From Balanoglossus misakiensis (Eukaryota > Animalia > Hemichordata), in contig CM082587.2 of NCBI GenBank assembly GCA_040954595.2, forward strand, positions 4,730,093 to 4,794,092: 64,000 bases of DNA. Reading direction: 5' to 3'. How positions within the stretch are numbered: the first letter of the stretch is position 1; the number at the start of each line of letters is the position of its first letter. The translations under genes were made by a program, and so were the position numbers. Under the pieces are notes generated by a model. That model saw only the letters and a program-made list of their open reading frames with translations. It did no database searches and was not told where the DNA came from. Below are positions 37,203-53,600 of this stretch, piece after piece.

Positions 37203-39217
37203 CGGCCACACGGCCTCGCGATCGGACCCTGCGAGTCAGGTGGTTGCCAACTGGGACGTGCGGCGCGGGTTTAACTTTATGTCGGTGGTAAACAATTACG
37301 CGTGCTGTAATAATGTATTATTGATGGACAGGAAATGTACAAAGTGAAGTCTAGTAGAAGGCGCGTTTGGTGAATAAGCGCGCGGAAAACATAAAGCGTC
37401 GCGCGCAACGACGCGGACCCCTGACGGCTGATTTCACCTATGTTCACAATTAATTATTCCAATATTTCCAGTGTAATTTCGGATGGCTAAGTGGCTAAGC
37501 CTGCATATGCGCATGGCCAGTACGTGCTTAATGTATCAAATCATGGCTTTACTCAGTATTTTGTGGTCCGTTATGAATTATTTTGTGGTCCCATATTCTT
37601 GAATCATTAAACTTTATGTAGTATTAATATTGGTGTTTCACAGCCTAGCAATTTCAACCTGACAGTATCACCTTTAAAATTACACACAACACAATCGGCA
37701 TAATTGTAATATTTGGCATTTATTTTATTTTGAAAACCTGAACAAAACTTTCTGGCTGAAACAAGCAATAAACATAGACATGATACAAATACATTTCTGT
37801 GACGACAAATATACAAAATACTACACCTGCTGAAATACATCAAGGCATGTACAATTATTTACAATCAAACCCTAATATTCTTCTGAACTAAATATGCTCT
37901 TGGAAGTTTATATAAAACAATAAATTAAATAAATTACTAGTAGCTCGTAAAATCATGGTTATTCTGAAATATCTGATTTCTTTTTTTTTCTAAAAACCCC
38001 ACCCAACATTTTTTTTTGTACATGAAATATCGAAATTTCAATAAGGGTGGGTAGTGTGGGTGTCAGGTTGGCAGAGGGGTGGCGCAGGTAAGGGAAAATG
38101 ATATGTAGACATGGAGGACTCTAAAATGGAAAACTTTTTTTGAAATACCATATATAAAAATAAAATAATTTCATTAATTGTAATTTGATACTTTTTCAAA
38201 GACAACTGAACGGAATATTCATGCAAGACAATATTTTTACTGTGCTATATACTGTGGTCACTTTTGAATGACTGTTGTCTGTTGTCAAGTAATTCTGGCG
38301 TAAAATCAAAGCAACTACATTGAATAATTTTGCAGCCCCTTAAAATTCCCAGTAGATTTTGAAAATGGATTTCTCATAATGAAATCAAGTCGTTTACTTG
38401 ATGGAATGTATAAAAGTCAAAGCTTAATTAAGTAGCTTTTGCAATCTGTTTGTCAACTATATATAAAATAATAATATCCTTGATAAGGTTTTTTACAACG
38501 CTTTTTAAAACAAAAAAGTAAATAAGAAAATAAAATCATTTCTTCAGGGTGTGTGGTCAAGTCGAAGCAATAAAATCCTGAAAATATAAAGAACCACAGC
38601 GAAGACACTTACATACGCTTGTACTACACAGTACACTCTCGCAAATGTTTGTGCAATTTTTAAAAGGTAATTTGTGAAAGTCAAAACACAGGAAGATACA
38701 AGTTTGTTCTTTTTAAAAGCATAAAATTTAGTCTTATAAATTTAGTTTAATTCATTAACTTTTACAAAAAGCCGAAGATTAGGAATATCATGATGATTGT
38801 AACTTTTAAAATCCTATCTCTAATTACACCTAAATTTTAGAATCTCAATGATGAGATGGTAACACACTGTCTGTGAAAACATAACTACAATGTCACAAAG
38901 AAGTGCTTGTTAGGCTGTCAATGTAGTTCATACCCTTGGGAATAGTACCCCATGGTAGCGATGAAATGTAGGTGGCCTGGCAACCTCATTACCCTGTCAA
39001 TTTTCTTCAACTCTCACACCTGGTAAATGCTGAACATTTCCTTTCAATCAACCAATCAGCTTCTTCGATAGAAGTTGGGTGTGCCAAGCTTGTGCAATGA
39101 TGCAGTGCCTTATGGAAGATTCGGGATGACACTGGACCTGGGCATCCTTCCATTATGGTGGTTTGGTCATCTGTGGCCAAGCCACCGCTAGGCTAAACCT
39201 CCCCATGGAATGAGCAT

Positions 39218-42494
<3,277 letters not shown>

Positions 42495-42984
42495 GTTGTC
42501 AAACTTGGTAGCTCCGATGTATTTACAATCAATGATGTATCAAGAAGAGTCTGCCATACATCATCACCTGCTTCCTATGGAGTGACTTCGATTGATCGTC
42601 GCCATTTTGTTGCTAAAAATGTTTATGGAGTGATTGGGCATGCGCATCGGTAGATCTGCTAAAACATGAAATAGATTAAGATTCTCACTATCCCCACCAC
42701 TCGACTGACACTTCTTTTCGCCATAAGCGGAATTTGCGGATCCGTTAATTTAGTTCAATTTCAAAATAATGCGCTTTTTCAAAGCTGACATATGATATCG
42801 CCAGGGCGTAAGTGTGCGTAAACAGTGTTCACTTCTGTTGAAAAGATTCTGCCTTTTAGAATCCGAAAAGGCTGAATCTGAATCCACTGCCATTTTTCGA
42901 TTTGTACCTCGTTTTCGGTTATCGAGTGTAAGAGTGTGGCTTCTGGAAATCTCCGCAGTCACAATTTGAAAAATCATCGCAAAA
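42495..42984. promoter_or_regulatory. Bidirectional promoter between ATAT1 and FUBP
   Basis: Divergent ATGs 490 bp apart; GCCATTTT (YY1-like) near 42601 and 42889, GCATGCGCA (NRF1-like) near 42638. Confidence 0.65.
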
Positions 42985-45900
42985 ATGGCCGATTACAATG
43001 CCGTAGCTCCTCCTGGCCCACCGATAGACGCAAATGCTGCCTTTGCAGACGCCCTTCAAAGGGCGAGACAGGTAAGTTTCTTCGCATTTCGCTAAATTCA
43101 CAGCGTCTGTCCACGCACCTAGCGTGTCGGCCATTTTGTCCCTTTGTCACGTACGTGTATGGTATCAAGCGTGCTATGATCAGCCCAGGCGTGTTGGGCC
43201 AATGCGGTCTCTACTTGCTTGAAATAATAACAAATGTAAAATATTAGCAATGAAAAATATGTATGATAAATGATAATCGAAGTGTGCTTCCCTTCGATGA
43301 TCAATTTATTATCATACACACTACGTACATAAACGTTATTCAGTGCACATATTGCTTGGTTTGATTGTCACATGTGTTAGAATACACCACAACTACAGCT
43401 CGACCTGCAGCCACTTCCAATAAAATCTCGAACTCCAGAAGTGTCCATGGTAATGAGACTAGGATACCCAAGATAGTGTCCTTTCACTAGCAAAAACTAA
43501 GTTTGGGCAATGACACAGACAACTTTGTAAGTTCTGTAAATTTTCCTTCACAGATCGCAGCGAAAATTGGCGGGGCAGGCCCTGGACCCGCAGGCCCCAC
43601 CTCAAGCGCCCCGACACAACCGCCAATGCCGTCTCTTACACAGACGGGTTCTAACGACAATGGCATGGGCATGGGGATGCCGATGGGAATGCAAATGGGC
43701 ATGGGCATGGGGATGTCAATGAAAAGGCCGTTAGAAGATGGCAGTGAACCAGACGCCAAGAAACTTGCTGCTCAAAATGATCGTAAGTGACAATCAGGTT
43801 GATGGTCTTCTGTGTGTTAAATAGCTAAATAGAAGAAACCCTCAAACCAGAGCACAAGACCGAAGTTCGATCCTAACATGAATTATCACCATTTGATAGA
43901 AATGGAAAAGTTCAGGATTTACTGTTTGTTCACAATGTTACAGCTGCATGTGCTAAATTATCTCCTTTACTCTTTTTCAGCTATTGGTGCACAGTTAGCT
44001 GCTCTTGCTCAGCAGGCTAGGTAATTTTAATTTTTTTGTATAATAACATTGTGAATCATTTGCCCGCACTTTGATAACATTTCTGTGTGGAAAGTCAGTC
44101 TGTATTGATTCTGAAGTTTGTACGACCATAACCATTGTGAATTATGTTTGTTTCACAGAGTCGGACAAGGGGTGATGACTGAAGATTATAAGATTCCAGA
44201 CAAACTTGTTGGGCTTGGTAAATGAACAGCACAATTTCCATTTCACTCGCATCTCTTGCATTACATACACTACTAATAGCAAACGTAGCACACTCGTTTG
44301 CAAATGTAGCTTTGTAAGAGTATTTGTCGTACTATTACATTGTGTGTATGAATTTATCCAACTGTTTTACACAGCGTACACCACACACATTTGGATGTGT
44401 GTACATCCTTGTGTGGTGTATTGATAACTCTTCTTCTGTTTCAGCACCTTGGGCTTGTTTTAACCTTTGCTAGTGCAAGAGCACTGGCAGGTAATTTGAT
44501 GGACATGTTTTTCTTGCGTGTGTTTAGTAATAGGAAGGGGCGGAGAACAGATAACTAGGTTACAGGCCGACTCCGGATGTAAAATTCAGATTGCACAGGA
44601 CAGTGGTGGAATGCCGGACAGAGCATGTACTCTGACAGGGTCACCCCAGGCCATCAAGTAAGTAGGAATTACAGCAATCATAGATAGTGCAGGGATTAGG
44701 GTACTTACGAAGTGAATAGTGTTATATTTTGTCATGAATATGAATGCATGTTACTTGTTAAATTAGAAGTTGTCTGACGAGGTCAAACATATACAGCAAT
44801 GGAAATCCTGGTCCTTTAAATTTTGGAAGTATGCTTATGACGAGGCTTTTGTCGGGGTTCAAAATTAATCTTTATTGTATTGTCTGTTTCTCGACAGGAA
44901 TGCAAAGAACCTAATTGATTGCATCATAGACAAGGGACATGGACCGCCAGTTGGTTCAGATGGTGGACTGGGAGACGGAGCCACAACCATTGAAATTATG
45001 ATTCCAAGCAACAAGGTCGGCCTGGTCATTGGAAAGGGAGGAGAAATGATCAAGAAATTACAAGTAAGGACAACTTTGTTGGTTCCATCAGTCATGGCAT
45101 GTTCTGACGACAAGATTTAAAAATGATAACGCAACCAATTTCCTCTCGTGTCTCGTGTGTTGACAGGAGCGTGCTGGCGTGAAGATGGTGATGATTCAAG
45201 ACTCCACAACGTCATCATCTGTAAATAAACCTCTCAGGGTGTCTGGTGACCCTCACAAATGTCAGGTGAGTAACCCCCCCCCCCCCCTGGATTGTACAGA
45301 ATTGTGCCATGTTAATATCAAGCATGTTCATAATACCATACAGCCTAGAAGCACTTCCTCTTCATTCATTATGATTCTGTTTATTTTGCAGCTTGCGAGA
45401 GAGTATGTGGATGAACTCCTTGGAGACCACAGAGAGAAACCACCGGTAAGATTTCATCTTGTTTAAAACTCAGAAAAAGAGAAATAAACAGTGTACACCT
45501 AATGATAAATGTCACTGATATGATGCGAAGTGTTTACATCCTAATTATGGTGGAACATTCATGGCTTTGAAACTGTATCAATATGCTTTGTCTTGTCAGA
45601 TGAGAGCAGATAGCGTTGATAGTGACTTTGGCCCCCCTGGTGGTGGCAGCGATGGTGGAAGAAGTGAATATGGATCAAGAATGGACCGAGGTGGTGGTGG
45701 TGGAGGTGGCTTTGAGGTATGTGGGTTCATATGTAGTATCCACTACATTTAAGCTTTATCTTATTGAGATGCAGGAAATGTCTTATGTGTGGGTTAAACT
45801 GTCATAGTCCCTTAGCCTTGATGTGATATCTGATCTCTTGCACACAGATGAGAGTACCCAGATTTGCCGTGGGCATAGTGATTGGCCGTGGTGGAGACAT

Positions 45901-48900
45901 GATCAAGAAGATACAAACTGAAAGTGGTGCCAGAGTACAATTCAAACAGGGTAGGATATTATATGAATCACGTTGGACGGTAGTTTGCACACATTTGTCA
46001 TCTACATTGTTTGTTTTCATGTGGAAATCAGATGGTGTTTTCTCACAATGCTTTTCATATGTTTGTCAATACAGATGATGGCAGTACACCAGAACGACTA
46101 GCAATGATCACTGGTTCCCACGATAGAATTGACACTGCTGTCAGGATGATTGAAGATCTTATTAACAATGCTAGTGTAAGTAGGGCTTGTGAGTTATTTT
46201 TATTCCCTGATATCTGTGTTATTTTCATTCTAAGTTTCAACTTGAGTGTACTGCAATTGCTTACTTCATCATCCGGTTTCTGTCATTTTGACTCCATCAG
46301 CAAAGAGACGAGCAACGACGACAGCAAGGTGGAAGGGGTGAGCGTGGCGGATTTGGTGGTCCTCCTCCCCACAGAGGTGGTGGTGGTGGAGGAGGAGGAG
46401 AACACGGTGGTGGTGGTGGTGGCGGCGGCGGTGGATTCCGAGGTGGCCCACCAGAAAGAGTTGATACCGTCACCCACAACGTTCCAGCTAACAAGTGTGG
46501 ACTAGTGATCGGCAAAGGTGAGCCAACCAGTACTTCAATATATGATCAAAACTCCTGACTTGAAGGACTTCGTAAAATTGTGCACAGCTCTGAAACATGA
46601 TGCTTTGAAAATTTCCTGATTCTGATGTATATTTTCTGTTATTCGCTTTGCACACAGGGGGTGAGACTATAAGAGGCATAAAAGAGCAGACTGGAGCTCA
46701 TGTTGAACTGACGAGGAACCAAGGACCAATGGGTGACAAAGTGTTCACCATCCGAGGAAATCCATCCCAAATTCAGCATGCACAACAACTCATACATGAG
46801 AAGGTTACTGGGGTGAGTGTGATTTCTGTGTGGACATAAAATGTATATGATATCGTAAGGCCAATCATCTCAAATGGTTGGTGTTTCTTGGTTGTTGATG
46901 TGCGTGAAAATGAACAAATATATCACTTGAGATTTTCAGTTTCACATATTTATTTATTTTTGTTGTCATACACCTAGGTTCCAGGAGGACCAGGTGGACC
47001 CCCTGGTGGCCCAGGTGGTCCGGGAGGACCAGGTGGCCCAGGAGGACCTCATGGTGGTCCAGGTGGACCCGGCGGACCACCAGGTGGGCCAGGAGGCCCT
47101 GGTGGACCAGGTGGACCTGGCCCAGGTGGATTCAATCACCCACCTCAAGGGTAGGTCGATTTCATTGGCTTGTATGCAAAGAAGTGGTACTGTGTTTCTT
47201 GACATTGGCTTGAGAGAGCTGATCCAAAACAGTGTTTGTGTCGTGTAGCTGAAAGTTTTCTTGTATCTTGCAGTGGTCCTGGTCAGGGACCTCCAGGCCC
47301 TCCCCAAGCTTACACACCACAAGGATGGGGAAATGCTTACCAGCAGTGGCAACAACATGTAAGTGGTAATGTTTTCTGTACATTTCAAAGTATGTCTTGC
47401 AAAATTTATGGAAATATGGTATTATTGCTATATCTTGTGCCAAAAATTGGTGTCCTAATCATAAAAGATAATTCTACTTGGTACATGTACATAATCTGAC
47501 AGGATTTCAAATTCTATCATGTCTGGCAGAAGAAACATAACCGTTATGTCAGATTGGTTTTTAAAAAAGTTGATGATATATGTATTCTTGAACTTGCAGA
47601 ATCCACACGATCCAAGCAAGGCAGCTGCAGATGCCAACGCTGCAGCATGGGCCGCCTATTACCAGCAGTACTACCAGCAGCAGCAACAGCAGACCCAGCA
47701 ACCCACTCCACCAGGTCAGAGCCAACCGCAGCAGCAGCAACAACAGCCACCACAGAGTCAGAATCAGCAGCAGCAGCAACAACAACAGCAGCAGCCTCAA
47801 CAGTCGCAGTCACCCTCAACGCCGACCAGCAGCAGCACAAACGCTACCAGTCCAGCCAGTCAAGGTATAGTTTGATGAGCACTTGTCTCTCCAGCTTTGC
47901 AACAACCGTGTCTTATGTTTGAGCACTCACTGTCTTGCAGGTTTATACTGACAAATGAGACTGCCTTGTCATGTTGAAAATTGGCTAAAGGCAAACAGCT
48001 TTTCACTCGGGCAAATTTCATCAAAACATCATCTTGAAATTGCTTGTTCCTTGTGTGTGCACCAAGCTAGAACCCGACGATGAGGCTGCCAGAAACGGCC
48101 AATGAAAGTTGGGCGTAGAAAGTGTGCTATACTAAACCCAAGCAGGCTTTTCGCTAACGCCACTAGAACTTCTCGGAGTTCTGTGAGTGGAGTTTGATAG
48201 TAGGGCTTGCTACAAATTTAATCTAGATGCCTGCGAATGCAGGCAACAGATTCTCCGAAAATCCTGTTGAAATTTGTAATAACAGGTTCTGCTTCTTATC
48301 TAGCAGGTAACCAGTCACAAAAGACAGGCGATGCTCAACAGCCAGATTATAATGCCATGTGGGCTGAATATTACAGACAGCAAGGCAAGTGTTACTTCCT
48401 GTAGTATACTCTGATACTAAAGGATGTGTTAAATACACATATTTAAAAAAAATGGAAGTTTGTAATTTCCATGGCGTGAAGTTTCAAAGTCTTCTTTCAA
48501 GTTTAACCCTTCACCCTGAACTTTGAAATGCACCAAGCTAGAACCCGACGATGAGGCTGCCCAAAACGGCCAATGAAAGTTGGGCGTAGAAAGTGTGCTA
48601 CATTAACCCCAAGCAGGCTTTTCGCTAACGCCACTAGAACTTCTCGGAGTTCCGTGAGTGGAGTTTGATAGTAGGGCTTGCTACAAGTTGAATATTCAGA
48701 CAGTCATTTTAATGTTTTGGAGGGTTACAGTCATCATATACCGTGCACGTTTGTTTTGAATGGCCTTATGATTTTAGCTTTGTGATACAGGTGCGTGTGT
48801 TTTATGATATCAAACTCATTCGTACTAGGCATAACCATGTCAGCTATCCCCAATCCACAGGTATGCAGCCACAGGCTACCCCACAGGCAGGAGCTGGTGG

Positions 48901-50631
48901 CCAACCGGATTACAGTGCAGCCTGGGCTGAATACTACAGGCAGCAGCAGATGTATTACGGCCAGCAGACAGGCGGTCAGCAACAGCCAGCAGCGCCCCAG
49001 CAAGGTGGCGGGCAACAACCACCTCAACAGCAGCAGCAGGTAAGTGACTCCGCAACCACAAGATAGTGTCATAATTATAGTTATTATAATACAAAGTAAA
49101 CTGTTGGCATTGTCTCTGTTTGATGATTTCCATATATTATATCAGTATAAGATGTTCATAGTGCAGGTTTTGCATTTGTTCACTAACACAATGTCAATTG
49201 TTAACCTAAAGACATTTTTTTGTGTCCATGTTTGTTTGATAATTTGTGTATGTTTGAGTGATCATTGAAGTCCGTTGTGACTGTAGAATTGCAGAACCAC
49301 ATTTTTCGCATGTTGTTCCCCTTTATTACTTGCCGAGTTTCAGTATCAACTGTTTCATTCTAACAAGTGCCATGTTGCTACATGTATGCTGCCACCGTCT
49401 CTATTCAAATTTGGTAATTCTATGCATTTTCGAATGCGGTAGAGCAGTTCTTTGGGTAGTCGAATCAATTTTCAAGATATTTTTTTATGCTTCCAACATA
49501 AACATCTGCTGGCTCTCACCAAGAACACCACGAGCTACCATTGTGTGTAATGCCTTCAGCTTGCTTCAATGCCATGTTACATGTATGACTTCCTCCAGTC
49601 CTGTGTATGCTGATAATTGACTCTCTCAGCATTGTCACACAAGCTGCTTTCCGTCCAATATCATGTTTTATACACTTGTGTTTTCATTCACTTTATAATG
49701 GTTGTGACATTTGGCACTGCTTTCCTCCATCATGCATAGGGGCAGCCACAATACTGACTCCAGCAGAACACAAATCTTGGCTTATCATTCCACAGCTAAG
49801 GTGTGGGTTTTTTCTTTACATGTGTATGCCCAACCAGTAGTATGTCAGTAGATATGTTTTTATTGTTGCTAACTTAACTAACCACACCTTCCAGCCAATT
49901 GATGTGCTTCTATGTAATGTTGCTTATTCCATCGCTAAGGTGTGGGTTGTATCTTTATATGCCGAAACTGTATTGTGTTTTTGCTAGCTAACACACCTTT
50001 CAGCCAGTGGCTGTGTTTCTGTGTAAATTGCAAGCTTAACTTAGCTGTTCATATATTACCCATTTGTTGCCATTCAATATATAAACTGTTGCCTGTTGCA
50101 ATAGCCTGTTCGAAACAGGTTGGAAGGAACCACCTGGGAATTGATAACACCACACTAAGGGAGACACAACTGACCAAAATGCAGCATTGCAGTACAAATG
50201 CAGTTTAACATTTGAATGGCGTAAGAGTTTCGCTCACTACATTCTGCCAAAATTCATCTGCTTTAGTGTGGTGTAATCTGCCTGCAATTGGCTTCTTCCA
50301 ATCTGTCTTGTATGTATGTTCATAACTTTGCTTGTTCGTGTATTGTGGTTGATGGAGACCCTCTTCTCTCATCCCTAAAACGTACCCCGTCATGTGCATT
50401 ATTTGTAAAAGTGTCACTTGTGTTGTACTGAACGATAGTGTACCTTGTTTGCCATTAATCTTAAACATAAATCTTTAGTTGTTCAGTGTTCAGACTCAAG
50501 CGTCGGTACTATTTACTCTTGTTTGTCCTAACCAACAAGACCTTTGTTACAGCCCACTGAAGCCAAAATGGCAGGTTTCTGACATTAACACCATGCCCCT
50601 CTTATCGCCTTATTTTCTACAGGGTCAATAA
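42985..50631 (+). CDS. FUBP1: Far upstream element-binding protein (FUBP1/KHSRP/FUBP3 family), four KH domains plus Tyr-rich repeats, about 19 exons
   Basis: [10 protein letters not shown]...[11 protein letters not shown]|IAAKIGG; KH loops [31 protein letters not shown]|GGETI; AAWAAYY and two [14 protein letters not shown] repeats; terminal mini-exon GGT CAA TAA (50623-50631). Confidence 0.95.
43795..43937 (+). ncRNA. Candidate box H/ACA snoRNA in FUBP intron 2
   Basis: Hairpin, H box AGAGCA (43849-43854), second hairpin (ATCCT/AGGAT, CCATTT/AAATGG), ACA (43932-43934) plus 3 nt; ~143 nt; 5' pocket complementary to the 28S segment GGGUUUAGACCGUC. Confidence 0.6.
48056..48217 (+). ncRNA. SNORA62: Box H/ACA snoRNA E2 (SNORA62/SNORA6 family), copy 1
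   Basis: Shares TGTGCAC, AGTGTGCTA, TTTTCGCTAAC.CCAC, GAGTGGAGTTTGATAGTA, CTTGCTACAA with vertebrate E2 as recalled; H box ATACTA, ACA+3 nt; pockets pair with 28S CUACUAUCUAGCGAAA. Confidence 0.9.
48307..48384 (+). CDS. FUBP1: 78-nt FUBP exon ([26 protein letters not shown]) with GC donor
   Basis: Phase 1-1 symmetric exon encoding a Tyr-rich repeat; donor CAAG|GCAAGT. Confidence 0.85.
48527..48688 (+). ncRNA. SNORA62: Box H/ACA snoRNA E2 (SNORA62/SNORA6 family), copy 2
   Basis: Nearly identical to copy 1, in the next intron; H box ACATTA, ACA+3 nt. Confidence 0.9.
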
Positions 50632-53600
50632 GGAGCTATATTGCCCTCTTGTGCATTGCATATTGCCTTGTATGTCATGTGAATACTCTATATGGATTCT
50701 TGGATTGCCTAGTTTGATGTGAAGATATTGCCTTCCCCATCTACATTCATAGCTGATAAACCATCATTACCAAATGAAGATATTTTTTTTGTTCCCGTTA
50801 GATAGTTTGAAAGTAGTCCCAGTGAAATAAAGAGGAGCTTAGTTTAAAGGAACTTTGAAGTTTTCATGTAGAAGATATTAGGATTTGGTTATATATTTTT
50901 ATTGCTTCTTATATGACTTTGACTTCAACTTCCTGCACGAGAGACGTAACCAAGTGGTGTACACAAAATAAAAAAGCGTTTATGTCGTGATCATGTTATT
51001 CTATTATAGCCGAAAAAAATCACGAAGGTAAGGCAGGCACCTCATCTCACATAATCTTCCTATTTCGTACTATCATTAATTACACTTTGTTGCGAAAAGA
51101 ATTGCTTTATCATCATGTAATGTTTTTAATGTAAAAGTTGAATTGCCTATAATAAATATTCTTCCAGCTCGTGATATTAAGTAGTCACTTGCCTGTAAAG
51201 ACAGTGATCGTGAAATAATGTTGTCTATGAATGATTGTTGCTTTTACTGTGCTACATTGTATGAACTGTGCTTATTTTTGAATGACATTGACACTCATTT
51301 TATATGACAAGATTAACACACACAGTGTATCACATTGTAACTTCCAATTTACAAGGTTGATATGTTGCTTGCCATTGTTAAAGGCGTTAGGGATTTATAG
51401 CATATACTTGTGTTTCATCGACAGTATTTGTATCTCTTGTATTTTAATAAAACTTTGACCGTGTACTCATGTGCATTGCTGTGATACCGTGTTGCATTTT
51501 CTTTGGACATGTTCTGTTCTTATCCCATAGTAGTGAACACCCTCGGCTAGTGTGCACACGTTTGTCGCGGTGGTCGAGCCCAGACCAGGACCTGCCAGAG
51601 CTGGCTTTGTTTACTGGGGAAAAAAATATTCGTGTTTTTTTTTCTGAATTGCATATTTTTCGATTCATGCCCATGGTGTTTTTGTAATGATTCATAATGC
51701 TGTTTTCATTACTGTGGTATTTGACGAGCAAAATCGCACATGATTTACTCAGACGTGATTTCTTTGTGATAAAAAAATTGAATGAAATTGTGCTATTGCA
51801 TGTATTCTTGCAATGTTTTCGGAGTTCAGTTTCAGTGGTCGGAAAGCCTTAAGGGGGAACTACGCGGATGGCAGGTAGGGAATGCATTCTTTGAAAATGT
51901 GAGGATCGATCGCCTTTGCTTTCATGTATCAATTCCACTTTCTATTGTCTGTGGTTAGGTTATTCTCATTCTATAGCATTGTTAACATTATTTATCACTG
52001 ACTTTCATGACCACTCAGTATTGAGAATCCTGTATTGAGAAAAAAATAATAAAGATTGCATAAAATGTTAGGTGTAATAGAATGCTGTATATTGTGCGGG
52101 CATTGGGTTTTTGCCAGTTGTCCTTCCATTGTAGGGCTTGAAATAGCTGCCCACCATGAGGTAAACTAAAAATCTTGAACCAGTGACAATTTTTTTTTTT
52201 TTTTTTTGGGGGGGGGGGGAGCAAGTGATTGATTTCAGGTAGTTATAGTAATAATCCTACGTATTACATTTTAACTCAATGCTGGAAATTTTGGATTGAT
52301 TGAAATGATATGAAATCTAACACTGATGGATCACTCTGATTTAACCTGATCGACAAGTCCAAACCAAACCAAAAAAAACAACAACAAGAAAACAAAAAAA
52401 CAACAACACTGAGGATGCATGTTGTTTGTCCATTGGGCAAGCAGATAAAATTGCACACTTCCCAACTGGCGGCTAAAAAGTTCAAGCCCTGCATTTGTGT
52501 GGTTGAAGTGTGGGGTGAATGTAACTTCCAGAGGCGATGTAAACTGATATACGTGAACTTCTGTTCCCCCCTATGTATTTGAATATGTGAAATGTCCGAA
52601 GCAGTTCTTCAAGTTGGTTTACCAGTTGCTAATATTTTGTCTTTCTCCATGACCTGTGTATATGAACATCAATGTTGTATCTTGATGCACTATGATTTTA
52701 TGCTCACACATAATCCCATGATATTCATGATTTTAATCTGCTCTCTAAACTTTTCGGAAATGGTGTGTTTTTAACTATGCCTTTGACTTATGCATGTACA
52801 ATGTAGTTCTCATTGCGAGTGTTAGGAGTATACAAATGTTCAATTTTTGTCTCTCTTCTCCCTATTACATGAACATTTTGTGTTTAGTGTCCTATTTTGT
52901 CTTCTATTTTTGTGGGATCTCTCGTACTATGAAACTTACGCATTTGATATGTGTAGCATTGCTGTGTGCAAGTCGTTGAAAACTACCATACATGTAGATG
53001 TGGTCCATGATGTAATTTTCATGTAAATGTTCAATGTAAATGATCTGTTCTTGAACATTCATTACTTTATGTGATTTCAATGCTGTTGCGTTTGCCGTCT
53101 TTTTTTCTTCTCCCCAATCCTGCACGATTCCATGTTCATGATCAGTATCTTTTACGTGAAAGAGGCATCTAGGTCTACCTGAGGGACTGAGCTGGCCGTC
53201 TGTCAAATGTTATCTTGGCATTGAGGTTTTTCTGTAACGATGGGTCTCCATACGCAGGTCCCATGGACACTCAGGTAAAACAATGCTTTGACAGTTTGGT
53301 TCGTTGTTCCTTTCTGAGGGGTTGTTCATTGTTATACTGGTACATTGTATATGCAAAGGCTCAACCACAGAATGTTAGAAATTGCAGATGTGTTCAGATT
53401 GTATTCATGCCAGATTGTGTATTATGTGAATCTGTTTATTGAATGTCTTGCCTATTAGAGGTTAAATTGCTTTTGGTAACATTTAATTTTGATGCATTGT
53501 TTGGCTAACGTTTAATTGATGTGTGACTATCTGGTTATGGTAATAGGCTTAATTTGGTTGTATACTTGTTTAAAGTTGGTGATATACATGTGCGAGATGC

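Noticed and set aside
44685-44866. Possible H/ACA RNA in another FUBP intron
   Set aside because: Hairpins are present but there is no ACA box and no recognisable target
46538-46633. Possible C/D snoRNA (ATGATCA...CTGA...ATGATGC...CTGA)
   Set aside because: Degenerate C box, weak terminal stem, no antisense element I can match to rRNA or snRNA
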